Below, piece after piece: positions 43,189 through 53,229 of a DNA stretch of 64,000 nucleotides. The notes below the pieces were generated by a model. It did not search any database. It was not told the DNA's origin and was given only the letters and a program-made list of their open reading frames with translations. This stretch comes from Trichormus sp. ATA11-4-KO1. Its GTDB lineage: Bacteria; Cyanobacteriota; Cyanobacteriia; Cyanobacteriales; Nostocaceae. Position 1 is the stretch's first letter. Every line of letters starts with the position of its first letter. Made by a program: the position numbers and the translations under genes. The DNA lies in assembly GCA_019358915.1 (NCBI GenBank), contig JAHHIM010000055.1:128001-192000 (forward strand), written 5' to 3'.

Positions 43189-44436
43189 TCATGTAACTTG
43201 CGACACCGCCACCATCGCCGCCTCTAGCGCGATCGCCACATGAGTCCAATGAGTCCCCCCTTGGCAATACACCACATAAGGCTCTCTTAAAGGCCCATCC
43301 GCCGAAAACTCCAAAGTACTCCCCTCAATAAACGTCCCCCCAGCCATGATTACCTGGCTCTCATATCCCGGTATGTTATCGGGTATCGGGTCTAGGTAAG
43401 AACCCACAGGTGAATGCTGCTGTATCGCCTTACAGAAAGCAATTAACTTAGCAGCAGAACCCAGCTTAATCGCCTGAATTACGTCCCCACGCGGCGCTAA
43501 AGGTGCAGGATTTACCGGATAACCCAACTTATCAAACACATAACCAGTTAAATGAGTCCCCTTCATCGCCTCCCCTACCATCTGGGGAGCTAAAAATAAG
43601 CCTTGGAACAACAACCGATTTTGGTCAAAGGTTGCACCCCCATAACTACCAATACCAGGAGCCGTTAACCGACAAGCAGCTGCTTCTACTAAATCAGCAC
43701 GACCGGCAACATAACCGCCAGCTGTCACAATTGTCCCGCCAGGATTTTTAATCAATGACCCCGCCATTAAGTCAGCACCGACATCTGTAGGTTCCCTGGT
43801 TTCAATGAATTCGCCGTAACAGTTATCGACAAAGCAGACAGTGTTGGGGTTTTGCTGTTTAACTAGGTGAACGATTTTTTCTATATCCGCAATTGATAAA
43901 CTCGGTCGCCAGGAATAGCCACAAGAACGCTGAATTAATACTAAACGGGTATTCTCAGTCACACTTTGAGATAAGGTTTGCCAATCTATAGTTCCTGCTA
44001 GGGTTAACTCCAATTGACGGTAATTTATGCCAAACTCAATAAGAGAACCTTGACCTTTACCCCGTAAACCAATGACTTCTTCGAGCGTATCGTAAGGAGA
44101 ACCGACTACTGCTAACATTTCATCTCCAGGACGGAGAACACCAAATAAAGCACAGGCGATCGCATGAGTTCCAGAAACAAACTGCACTCGCACAGCCGCA
44201 GCTTCAGCACCCATGACTTCGGCAAAAACTTTATCTAAAGTTTCTCGTCCTAAATCATTGTGACCATAACCACTAACACCAGCAAAATGGTGTGCCCCTA
44301 CACGGTAATTACGAAAAGCATCTAAGACTCTTTTCAGATTATGCTTGACCTGAGCGTCAATTCCAGAAAAAATCTCTATCAGTGCCTGTTCTGCTAGCCG
44401 CATCTGTTCCAAGCTGTTCATCAGTTCCTCTTTCAA
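43189..44436 (-). CDS. Methionine gamma-lyase-like/aluminium resistance family PLP enzyme (YnbB-like)
   Basis: SGTHAI, IQRS.GY, VDNCYGEF and GSLIKNPGG. Confidence 0.88.
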   Translation of the reverse strand: MKEELMNSLEQMRLAEQALIEIFSGIDAQVKHNLKRVLDAFRNYRVGAHHFAGVSGYGHNDLGRETLDKVFAEVMGAEAAAVRVQFVSGTHAIACALFGVLRPGDEMLAVVGSPYDTLEEVIGLRGKGQGSLIEFGINYRQLELTLAGTIDWQTLSQSVTENTRLVLIQRSCGYSWRPSLSIADIEKIVHLVKQQNPNTVCFVDNCYGEFIETREPTDVGADLMAGSLIKNPGGTIVTAGGYVAGRADLVEAAACRLTAPGIGSYGGATFDQNRLLFQGLFLAPQMVGEAMKGTHLTGYVFDKLGYPVNPAPLAPRGDVIQAIKLGSAAKLIAFCKAIQQHSPVGSYLDPIPDNIPGYESQVIMAGGTFIEGSTLEFSADGPLREPYVVYCQGGTHWTHVAIALEAAMVAVSQVT

Positions 44437-44506
44437 AAAAAATTATAGATATGCGGATTTTCCAATCGCGCAGATTAGGCTGGACAATTTCAATTCGGGT
44501 TATTGC

Positions 44507-45325
44507 ATGACAATTGCTACTTCAACTAAACCTCAAGTTAACTGGGTAAATACCCTGTTTTTCGTTTTTCTACACATCGGCGCTCTTTTTGCCTTTGTTC
44601 CTAGTAACTTTAGCTGGGCGGCCGTTGGTGTGGGTTTCTTTCTCTATTGGGTGACAGGTGGTCTAGGCGTTACTCTAGGATTTCACCGCCTTGTTACCCA
44701 CCGCAGTTTTCAAACTCCCAAATGGCTGGAGTATTTCTTGGTTTTTTGTGGGACATTGGCCTGTCAAGGAGGGCCAATTGAGTGGGTAGGTACACATCGC
44801 ATTCATCATTTACATTCTGATACCGAACCAGATCCCCATGATTCTAATAAAGGCTTCTGGTGGAGTCACATGGGTTGGCTAATTTATCACTCTCCCTCTC
44901 ACGCTGATGTGCCTCGGTTTACCAAAGATATTGCCGAAGACCCAGTTTATCAGTTTTTACAAAAATATTTCATTTTGATCCAGGTGGCTCTGGGTTTATT
45001 ACTCATGTATCTGGGTGGCTGGTCTTTCGTGGTTTGGGGAATTTTTGCTCGCATTGTCTGGGTTTACCACTGTACTTGGTTGGTGAACAGTGCTACCCAC
45101 AAATTTGGCTATCGCAGCCATGATTCAGGCGATCGCTCAACTAACTGTTGGTGGGTCGCCGTGCTAGTGTTCGGTGAGGGCTGGCATAATAACCACCATG
45201 CTTTTCAATACTCCGCTCGTCACGGGCTGGAATGGTGGGAAATCGATTTAACTTGGATGACAATTCAACTGCTGCAAGTACTTGGTCTGGCTACTAATGT
45301 CAAGTTGGCAGACAAAAAGCAGTAA
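44507..45325 (+). CDS. desC: Delta-9 acyl-lipid desaturase
   Basis: His boxes HRLVTH, HRIHH and HNNHH. Confidence 0.92.
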   Translation: MTIATSTKPQVNWVNTLFFVFLHIGALFAFVPSNFSWAAVGVGFFLYWVTGGLGVTLGFHRLVTHRSFQTPKWLEYFLVFCGTLACQGGPIEWVGTHRIHHLHSDTEPDPHDSNKGFWWSHMGWLIYHSPSHADVPRFTKDIAEDPVYQFLQKYFILIQVALGLLLMYLGGWSFVVWGIFARIVWVYHCTWLVNSATHKFGYRSHDSGDRSTNCWWVAVLVFGEGWHNNHHAFQYSARHGLEWWEIDLTWMTIQLLQVLGLATNVKLADKKQ

Positions 45326-45567
45326 TTTCCTTGCTTCATGGTCAATAGTGGATAAATTACAGAATTTATTCACTATTGGCGAAAAAATAATTTCTACCAG
45401 CAACTAATAACCATTCACACCCTCGGAAATATTTCCTATAGCTACTAAAAATAGTGCGCTTGTGTAGCTTAGGTTGCTATAATCCGAGACGCTAATGTTA
45501 AGAAATTTTGCGGCAAGTCGCTTTTTTTGGTGACTTGACGGAAAAGTGTGTTGTTTTCCAGGTGTTC

Positions 45568-46620
45568 ATGACTACATCAATAATCAACAGCCAGAAACTA
45601 GGTAACGACCTTGGCGATTCCAACCTGAAGTTAAAAGATATTATCAAAAGCTTGCCACGAGAATGTTTTCAGCAAAACCGACGTAAAGCTTGGACACAAG
45701 TGCTGCTCAGTGTCTTTATGGTTGGCTTGGGCTACTTTTTTCTGACAATCAGTCCTTGGTTTCTCTTGCCCCTAGCTTGGATTTTTACGGGTACTGCTTT
45801 AACAGGATTTTTCGTAATTGGCCATGATTGTGGTCACAGGTCTTTTGCCAAACGTCGTTGGGTAAATGATTTGGTGGGGCATTTGTTTATGATGCCTTTA
45901 ATTTATCCCTTTCACAGTTGGCGGATTAAGCATAATTATCACCATACTCATACCAATAAGTTGGATGAGGATAATGCTTGGCATCCCATTAGAACACACG
46001 TGTTTGCAAATTGGACTTGCTTACAACAGTTTGCTTTTGAAGGGTTCATGCGTAAGCGCCTGTGGTGGTTAGGTTCCATTGGACACTGGGCAGTCGTGCA
46101 TTTTGATTGGCAAAAATTTAAAACCAAAGACCAATCAAGCATCAAGCTTTCTGTGGCTGTAGTAGTTGTGTTTGCCGCGATCGCTTTTCCTCTGCTGATT
46201 GCTACAACTGGTATTTGGGGATTTGTCAAGTTTTGGCTACTGCCCTGGATGGTTTACCATTTTTGGATGAGTACCTTTACCATCGTTCACCACACTGCCG
46301 CAGATGTTCCTTTTGCAGCAGCGAACAAGTGGAATGAGGCTTTAGCACAGCTATTTGGTACCATTCATTGTGATTATCCCCGTTGGGTAGAAATCCTGTG
46401 TCATGATATCAATGTTCATGTTCCGCATCACATTTCTACTGCTATTCCTTCTTATAATTTGCGGCTGGCCCATAGCAGCATTAAGGAAAATTGGCAGCCT
46501 TATCTACATGATGAATGTCAGTTTTCTTGGTCTTTAATGAAGCAAATTACAGACCAGTGCCAACTATATAAAACGGATGTTGGTTATAAGTCTTTTAACG
46601 AATATTACGCAGAACAATAA
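45568..46620 (+). CDS. desA: Delta-12 acyl-lipid desaturase
   Basis: HDCGHRSF, HNYHH and HVPHH. Likely start MTTSII at 45568. Confidence 0.9.
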   Translation: MTTSIINSQKLGNDLGDSNLKLKDIIKSLPRECFQQNRRKAWTQVLLSVFMVGLGYFFLTISPWFLLPLAWIFTGTALTGFFVIGHDCGHRSFAKRRWVNDLVGHLFMMPLIYPFHSWRIKHNYHHTHTNKLDEDNAWHPIRTHVFANWTCLQQFAFEGFMRKRLWWLGSIGHWAVVHFDWQKFKTKDQSSIKLSVAVVVVFAAIAFPLLIATTGIWGFVKFWLLPWMVYHFWMSTFTIVHHTAADVPFAAANKWNEALAQLFGTIHCDYPRWVEILCHDINVHVPHHISTAIPSYNLRLAHSSIKENWQPYLHDECQFSWSLMKQITDQCQLYKTDVGYKSFNEYYAEQ

Positions 46621-46815
46621 ACATCACTGCAAATAGATTTTCTATGAGCAACTCACGCTTTTGCAATCACAAGAGCGTTTGTTTTTCTGCAAATTAAATA
46701 GATTCTGGTAATTTTTTTAGGTAAATTACCAGAGATTATCTTCTTGTGTATTAGTGCAAACTGATACTAGAGACATTCCAAACAAGTCCGAATTTACATC
46801 CCAAAAAAGAATCCA

Positions 46816-47883
46816 GTGCAATCAAACTCCATAACTTTCAATAATCCTGATGACTGTGAACCATCTGAAGATACAACCAAACTTCCCTTTACTCTTCAGG
46901 ATTTGAAAGCGGCAATACCTGCTGAATGCTTTCAGCCAAGTGTGACAAGATCCCTATTTTACTTCTTGCGCGACATCCTGATTATCAGTCTGCTTTATGC
47001 AATTGCTAATTATCTGGATTCTTGGTATTTTTGGCCTATTTTCTGGGTTATGCAAGGAACAATGTTTTGGGCTTTGTTTGTAGTCGGACATGACTGCGGA
47101 CACCAGTCTTTTTCTAAACAGAAATGGCTTAATGATTTGATTGGACATTTATCTCACACACCAATCCTAGTTCCTTATCACGGTTGGAGAATTAGTCACA
47201 GAACTCATCATAAAAATACTGGCAATATCGATAATGATGAAAGCTGGTATCCTGTGACAGAATCACAATATAAGGAAATGCCCTTCCTGCAAAAGATAGG
47301 CAGATATTATGTGTTCCTGTTGGCTTATCCAGTGTATTTATTCAAGCGTTCTCCTAATAAAGAAGGCTCTCACTTTTCGCCTAGTAGCCCACTTTTTAAG
47401 CCATCTGAAAAAGGGGATATTATTACCAGTACTCTACTCTGGATTGGTATGGTAGGCTTGCTAGGTTTCTTCACCTATCAATGGAGTTGGATGTGGTTGC
47501 TCAAATACTACGCTATGCCCTACATTGTGTTTGTAATTTGGCTAGATTTGGTAACATTTTTGCATCATACTGAGCAAGATATTCCCTGGTATCGTGGCGA
47601 AGATTGGACTTTTCTGAAAGGTGCAATTTCTAGTATTGATAGAGATTACGGTTTGGTGAATCACATCCATCACGATATCGGTACTCATGTTGCTCACCAT
47701 ATTTTCCTCAACATTCCGCATTACAATTTGCTGAAGGCGACGGAAGCGATTAAACCGGTGATGGGTGAATACTTCCGCAAGTCTGAGGAACCTATTTGGC
47801 AATCTTTACGGCGTTCTGCTATTAGCTGTCATTTTGTTCCGGATACAGGTAGTAAGGTTTATTACACCTCGAAGAATAAATAA
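46816..47883 (+). CDS. desB: Omega-3 (delta-15) desaturase
   Basis: HDCGHQSF, HRTHH, HVAHH and IPHY.L. Confidence 0.92.
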   Translation: MQSNSITFNNPDDCEPSEDTTKLPFTLQDLKAAIPAECFQPSVTRSLFYFLRDILIISLLYAIANYLDSWYFWPIFWVMQGTMFWALFVVGHDCGHQSFSKQKWLNDLIGHLSHTPILVPYHGWRISHRTHHKNTGNIDNDESWYPVTESQYKEMPFLQKIGRYYVFLLAYPVYLFKRSPNKEGSHFSPSSPLFKPSEKGDIITSTLLWIGMVGLLGFFTYQWSWMWLLKYYAMPYIVFVIWLDLVTFLHHTEQDIPWYRGEDWTFLKGAISSIDRDYGLVNHIHHDIGTHVAHHIFLNIPHYNLLKATEAIKPVMGEYFRKSEEPIWQSLRRSAISCHFVPDTGSKVYYTSKNK

Positions 47884-48066
47884 ATTGCCTCGCAGACCAG
47901 AAATCTGGGGTTATATAAATGAAGTCCGTGTAAGCGGGCTTTTTTTGTCTCGCGCAAAGGCGCAAAGACGCAAAGAAAGATAATGAGTTTTGTTTCTTGA
48001 ATTGAATGGTATTGAGGAATAGTCAGGTTACTATAAATTTAAAGTGAACTATATCTGAAAAGTTGT

Positions 48067-48621
48067 ATGACTCTTAATATTGAGGATGTAGAAAGACTGC
48101 AACAAAAGCTACAAGAAGATGAGCAGGACTACCAAATAGAACTGCAAGAAGGAAATATTTTAGTTATGAGGCCATCGGATATTGAGTCTAGTGAAATCGG
48201 CGCTGAGTTGATCAGATTATTAGGTAATTGGATAAAACCTCGTAAACTTGGGCGGATATTTGACTCAAGTGGTGGGTTTATAATGCCAAATACAGATTTG
48301 CGCGCTCCTGATGTTTCTTTTGTAGCGGCGGCGAGATTAAAACGCACTGTGAGAGATTTTGGTCAGTTGGTACCTGATTTGGTTGTGGAAATAAAATCGA
48401 AAACAGACAGAATGTCTAAGTTAGAAGATAAAGTTAAATTATTTTTAGAATTAGGTGCAAAAGTAGGAATATTAATTAATCCAGATGAGTTAACTGTGAG
48501 TGTATATCGTCCCAATGGTGATGTTGAAATTTTGACTGGTGACGATAAGTTAACTATTAATGAGTTATTTCCTAGTTGGGAAGTTGCTATTTCTGAATTA
48601 TGGCCACCTATATTTGAGTAA
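48067..48621 (+). CDS. Uma2 family PD-(D/E)XK nuclease-like protein
   Basis: RAPDVSFV and PDLVVEIKS. Confidence 0.9.
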   Translation: MTLNIEDVERLQQKLQEDEQDYQIELQEGNILVMRPSDIESSEIGAELIRLLGNWIKPRKLGRIFDSSGGFIMPNTDLRAPDVSFVAAARLKRTVRDFGQLVPDLVVEIKSKTDRMSKLEDKVKLFLELGAKVGILINPDELTVSVYRPNGDVEILTGDDKLTINELFPSWEVAISELWPPIFE

Positions 48622-48688
48622 TTCAATTAGCAAGACTTTTCTGCAACTAAATAAGCTTTTTTCCAGGAAAAGACTCAATGGATCTGGT

Positions 48689-49135
48689 TTATTCTTGACT
48701 TGGATCTGATTGCGGCGGATGCCAACCTGCTTCTACCCAAAAACGACGAGCCACTTGAATCGAAGGCTCATCTCGCCGTTCATCGTTGAAGTCAAAGCGA
48801 GCGCTTGTTGCTCTTCCTATAGGTGTTATACCTACGATCTTGGTTCCTTCTTTTGTCCAAACAAAATGCTCAGACCATTTTTGCTGACGGGGATTAAACA
48901 GAGAGACTTTTTCTTGAGTTTGAGGGTCAGCAGCTATTATGAAATTATAGTGACGCTCATTACAGCGATGACAAGCTAATGCCAAATTATCCAGTTCATC
49001 AGAGCCACCCAAAGACTGCGGCATGATATGGTCAATGGTAAAACGGTCTGGACTCAAGTATTCGGGAGAGTGACAATATTCGCAAAGGAATTTAGCTCGT
49101 TGTCTTACAAGTCTTCGAGTTTGTTCGGACACCAT
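48689..49135 (-). CDS. HNH endonuclease
   Basis: CEYC, DHI.P...GG....NLALAC..CN and LFNPR. Confidence 0.9.
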   Translation of the reverse strand: MVSEQTRRLVRQRAKFLCEYCHSPEYLSPDRFTIDHIMPQSLGGSDELDNLALACHRCNERHYNFIIAADPQTQEKVSLFNPRQQKWSEHFVWTKEGTKIVGITPIGRATSARFDFNDERRDEPSIQVARRFWVEAGWHPPQSDPSQE

Positions 49136-49374
49136 TGACTTTTCGCCGCTAGTTGAGCATTAATCAAGGTAAAGATTCGCTCTAATTCGGAGATACCCAT
49201 ATATTCGGCTTCTTCTTCAGGAGTGAGTGTATCAGTTTTTTTCTTTTCTAAAAGTTGTTCAAAACGTGACTGTAGTTCCTCGGTAAATTTAAATAAGTAA
49301 ATGTTACCAAATTCGCTCATCCTGATCCCAGAAGATATTAAGGATGATGGTTGAATCATTGATTGAGTAGTCAT
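49105..49374 (-). CDS. Small acidic protein overlapping the HNH gene (putative antitoxin)
   Basis: LQSRFEQLLEKKK..TLT.EEEAEY motif; 31-bp overlap with the HNH gene. Confidence 0.65.
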   Translation of the reverse strand: MTTQSMIQPSSLISSGIRMSEFGNIYLFKFTEELQSRFEQLLEKKKTDTLTPEEEAEYMGISELERIFTLINAQLAAKSQWCPNKLEDL

Positions 49375-49662
49375 TTTGTGTTCACTTTACTTTGGTTATA
49401 TTATGCTTCAATTAATTTATGATTATAGCAATTTATATTAAATGAGAATGTATTCATACTAGTGTCAAACACTAATAAATAATAGTCAAATTTTTCTCGA
49501 TTAGTAGTACTGACACAACTAAAATAGTTAATTTGGGAAATTTGTCTGTGTTTGAGTGATTCAATTAGCAATGATTTTTCTGGCATTAGACGTATAGCAG
49601 AACAAGTTGGATTCTCAGGGGTGATTACTCTTTGTGGCATAATCATTTAACGTTTCCTACTG

Positions 49663-50928
49663 CTAAAATCGGCCATTTCCCTGAACAATGTGCTTCACCG
49701 TCGTTAGGGTTTCCAAACTAATAAATCCCCGGCGGTGTCCTTTTTGATTGGACATACCGAGAAATACTGAATCTCCCCGTGAAGGGTTGCGAGAAAAACG
49801 CGGCGAGGTGTTGATGTAGGTAGAGGCGCTGTTCACACCTAAAGCAAACTGGCGACTTTCTTGATAGGATTCCGTGACAATACAATCAGCATGACCGCTA
49901 CTGTGTTGATTAATCCAGGCGATCGCATCTTCTAAACTATCTACTAGTTTAAAGGCGACTGTCTTAGTTAAATAAGCGCTTCCCCATTCTTCGTCTTTCA
50001 CCAGATGCAAGTGGGGGAAAGCTTCTACTAGTTCTTCATCTCCTTTAATTTCAAAGCCTTTTTCTTTTAAGCTGTTCCACAAAACTGCCAAAGATGAGGG
50101 CATAGCTTGGCGATGAATAAGTACTTTTTCAATGGCGTTTACTGGATCTGGTTCACTCTCATGGCTATCCATAATCATCCAGCGCACCATCTCTAAGCTG
50201 CTATTGAGCGACCAGTAGAGGTAACAGTTACCCATCGCTGACTTTAAGACTGGACAAGTTGCTTGTCGCATTACTTGCTGGACTAAGCTAGAACGTCCGT
50301 AGGGAATTACTAAATTCAAGTACTGGTCTTGGGTGACTAAATCCCGAATTGAAGCACCATGTTCTGCTGTAATCAGTTCTAAACAGCCTGGTGGTAGACC
50401 TACTTCTTCAATAGCATTTTGCAGTACATTAGCGATCGCCTCATTGGAATGACTAGCTTCTGTACTACCTTTAAGAATCAGACTATTGCCAGTTTTTATA
50501 CATAAACCCGCCGCGATCGCTCCTAAATCAGGAAACGCCTCATAAATAAATCCAATCACTCCCAAAGGCATTAACTGAGTGTAACTTTGGGAATCTTCTA
50601 GTTGATAGTCAGCGTTCCTGACTCGCCGCAGTGGATCTGATAATTCCCCCAAGCGTTGCAGGATTTCCACTGTCGCCTCTAGCCTGGTGGGAGTTAGCTT
50701 CAGCCAATCTAAAATTAGCTCTGGTACTGCCATTTCTTTGCTGGCTTCTAGATCCAAAGTGTTGGCTTCCAAAATGTCGTCAAACGAGTCTTGCAGTGCC
50801 TGTGCCATTGCCAATACAGCACGACTGCGGTCTACTCCCTTGGTAAACCCCAACTTTAGGGAAGCTTGATGAGCGCGTTTAGCGCTAGTAATTGGTTCGG
50901 GGTAATCATCCAAAACTTCAACGGTCAT
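49663..50928 (-). CDS. proA2: Gamma-glutamyl phosphate reductase paralog lacking the catalytic Cys
   Basis: PLGVIGFIYE, KTGNSLILKG and IPYGR are present, but the C-N-x-x-E motif reads VNAIE. Confidence 0.8.
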   Translation of the reverse strand: MTVEVLDDYPEPITSAKRAHQASLKLGFTKGVDRSRAVLAMAQALQDSFDDILEANTLDLEASKEMAVPELILDWLKLTPTRLEATVEILQRLGELSDPLRRVRNADYQLEDSQSYTQLMPLGVIGFIYEAFPDLGAIAAGLCIKTGNSLILKGSTEASHSNEAIANVLQNAIEEVGLPPGCLELITAEHGASIRDLVTQDQYLNLVIPYGRSSLVQQVMRQATCPVLKSAMGNCYLYWSLNSSLEMVRWMIMDSHESEPDPVNAIEKVLIHRQAMPSSLAVLWNSLKEKGFEIKGDEELVEAFPHLHLVKDEEWGSAYLTKTVAFKLVDSLEDAIAWINQHSSGHADCIVTESYQESRQFALGVNSASTYINTSPRFSRNPSRGDSVFLGMSNQKGHRRGFISLETLTTVKHIVQGNGRF

Positions 50929-50932
50929 TGAA

Positions 50933-51340
50933 TTAACGTCTGTAGGTGAGCCAGACCATCAGTGCTGGCAAGATAGCCAACAGCACCGCCACCATTGCCC
51001 AAGCAATAATGCTGGAACCATTTGCCAATCGCAGTGCTAATGGTAACCATATAATCACTAGCACGAAAATAATGCCTAGTGCTATAGGCAGATAGCTTAC
51101 TCCTAAACGAGCATGGGCTACATGCCAGCTATTTCCCGTCCAACGCCAAGCTCGTTTGTAGGGATAGGTGGTAGAAAGTTGTTCTAAAACATGACCATTA
51201 TCTTCTACTACAAAGATTTGCTGACAGCGATCGCAACCAAATGCTTCTGTCAGTGTAATCGGAACTAACTGTCCTTTGCGACGGCAGGGACAGGGATATT
51301 CCATGTTAAAGTCGATTTTTTCGTGTTTTTGAGATTGCAC
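50933..51340 (-). CDS. Zn-ribbon two-TM membrane protein
   Basis: CPC...CDRC and two C-terminal TM helices; ends 4 bp before proA2. Confidence 0.75.
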   Translation of the reverse strand: MQSQKHEKIDFNMEYPCPCRRKGQLVPITLTEAFGCDRCQQIFVVEDNGHVLEQLSTTYPYKRAWRWTGNSWHVAHARLGVSYLPIALGIIFVLVIIWLPLALRLANGSSIIAWAMVAVLLAILPALMVWLTYRR

Positions 51341-51753
51341 AAGCGTTCTAATAACTTGAGCGTGTTTTCATGATTTATGAGAATCCCGTTCCCCAAAGCT
51401 TTGGAGTTCAGTTTCTCTTTTTTCAGCTCTTTATATAAATAACAAAGCAAATGCTAACATTGCCATAGTTACTAACGCCAGATGCAGGCTGACTGAAAAA
51501 AGTGCTTTCTTCCTGTAGACGCTTCTGTGGTTGACCGCAGGGTTGAGTAAGTGGCAATGCTGAGTAAAAATACTTATTATTCTCTATTCTCTAGTTTTTA
51601 GCCCCTTTTTTAACCTTTACTGGTGCTACTTAGGCTGTTGTAATCTAGTGTATTACACCGCAAATAAGACAAATAGACTACAACTATATAAATTGTAGTT
51701 AAGCCATCTTAGTCTTGTGGATTATTATGACCTGTAATTTACATTTTTTCATA

Positions 51754-51825
51754 AGCGGGTAACGCGATTCGAACGCGCGACATTCACCTTGGCAAGGTGA
51801 CGCTCTACCACTGAGCTATACCCGC
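51754..51825 (-). tRNA. trnG: tRNA-Gly(GCC), CCA not encoded
   Basis: GCGGGTATAGCTCAGTGGTAGAGCGTCACCTTGCCAAGGTGAATGTCGCGCGTTCGAATCGCGTTACCCGCT folds into a cloverleaf. Confidence 0.97.
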
Positions 51826-51883
51826 AATTTCCATATAAATTCTATGTTCTCAAATTTAATCCTATTTGTCAAGCTCTTTTTTA

Positions 51884-51942
51884 AGTGCTGAGTGCTGAGT
51901 GCTGAGTGCTGAGTGCTGAGTGCTGAGTGCTGAGTGCTGAGT
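51884..51942. repeat. STRR heptamer array (AGTGCTG) x about 8
   Basis: Seen directly. Confidence 0.95.
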
Positions 51943-51974
51943 AAAAGAACAGGACTTAGCACCCAGTAGTTGTT

Positions 51975-52553
51975 TCAGCCTAGTTCTTCTGACTCCGCAG
52001 TTAAATTGCCTAAGCTTTTACCTGGAAAAGAAGCTGGCAAAGATTGAGCGTTACGGGGATATGACTCTGTGAGGTTAGAGCGTAATTGCCGCATCAGACT
52101 GGCCATTTCCAGGGCATTCATGGCATAATCCCAACCATGATTACCTTTAATGCCTGCCCGCTCTAAAGCTTGCTGCATGGTATCCACTGTCAAAATGCCA
52201 AAAATTACTGGCACGCCAGTTTGAAAGCTAGCAGCAGCAATACCCTTAGATACTTCGGAAGATACATAATCAAAGTGGGGCGTTTGTCCTCGGATGACAG
52301 CACCCAAGCAAATTACAGCATCATAACGATGGGATAGTGCTAGTTGACGAGCTACGAGAGGCACTTCAAAACTTCCCGGAACCCAAACATAGTCTACCTG
52401 ATTCCCGTGGGGGTCTGGGTCTACACCGTGGCGTTTTAAGCAATCTTGACATCCCTCTAGCAGCTTTCCGGTAACGAGGTCGTTAAATCGACCAATAACC
52501 ACTGCTAAACGCAAAGGTTCTGTTTGAGTAAAAGTTCCCTCGAAAACTGCCAT
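51975..52553 (-). CDS. ribH: 6,7-dimethyl-8-ribityllumazine synthase
   Basis: [20 protein letters not shown] and QALERAG. Confidence 0.96.
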   Translation of the reverse strand: MAVFEGTFTQTEPLRLAVVIGRFNDLVTGKLLEGCQDCLKRHGVDPDPHGNQVDYVWVPGSFEVPLVARQLALSHRYDAVICLGAVIRGQTPHFDYVSSEVSKGIAAASFQTGVPVIFGILTVDTMQQALERAGIKGNHGWDYAMNALEMASLMRQLRSNLTESYPRNAQSLPASFPGKSLGNLTAESEELG

Positions 52554-52770
52554 GACTGCCTCTTAATCGAATATACTCTGGCCAATATACATTTCTTCTT
52601 TAAATGTAGAAGAGCAGGAGAGCACAATTAGATAGATAAGACAAGAGAAAAGGAAAATTTATCCATTTACCTTTTGCCTTGGTCTTTGGCTCTTCTGCCC
52701 CTGTAGTCACTATGCTATTTGTCTGTACTAAAATTTAAGCGATTGCGTAAAACGCACGCTGCGCGAACGC

Positions 52771-52959
52771 CTAAACTACAAAAAAGTTTAATACCCCGAC
52801 TAAAAGCACCAAGGCAATCCAGACTCCAGAACCGAGCCAAAGCAGCCTTTTTGATTCGACCCAGTTTTGCGGGGTAGCATAGGCAACAGGAACGCCAACT
52901 ACTAGCACAAAAGACATGGCAACAAGAGCTATTAAAGCGAATTGGAATATTATGGTCAT
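52771..52959 (-). CDS. psbZ: Photosystem II protein Z
   Basis: [33 protein letters not shown]...; 62 aa. Confidence 0.96.
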   Translation of the reverse strand: MTIIFQFALIALVAMSFVLVVGVPVAYATPQNWVESKRLLWLGSGVWIALVLLVGVLNFFVV

Positions 52960-53174
52960 TTTTGCTTCTCCCAAAACAGCGCAATACTAAAAATAGAATA
53001 TCCTAAAGGACGACACTAACAGTTTTTCCTTATTTGTTAAGCTAGCAGAAATTGCGTCACTATAGTTATCAGTTAGTTCTCAATTGTCAGTTGTTTGTAC
53101 TGCTGACCACTGACTATTGACTAAACAAGTGCTGAATGCTTTTTTTCATCTTAGTTTTCTGAGTTCTTTTCTCT

Positions 53175-53219
53175 ACTCAGCACTCAGCACTCAGCACTCA
53201 GCACTCAGCACTCAGCACT
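53175..53219. repeat. STRR heptamer array (ACTCAGC) x about 6
   Basis: Seen directly. Confidence 0.95.
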
Positions 53220-53229
53220 ACTGAAAGCT

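Noticed and set aside
44507..47883. desC-desA-desB cluster as a novel system
   Set aside because: Well-known membrane lipid desaturases in an ordinary arrangement.
49401..49646. 81-aa minus-strand ORF
   Set aside because: AT-rich, with no motif; probably the promoter region of the downstream pair.
51884..53219. Heptamer arrays as CRISPR or as inversion sites around ribH-psbZ
   Set aside because: These are ordinary STRR microsatellites found throughout such genomes; there is no recombinase or other evidence of inversion.
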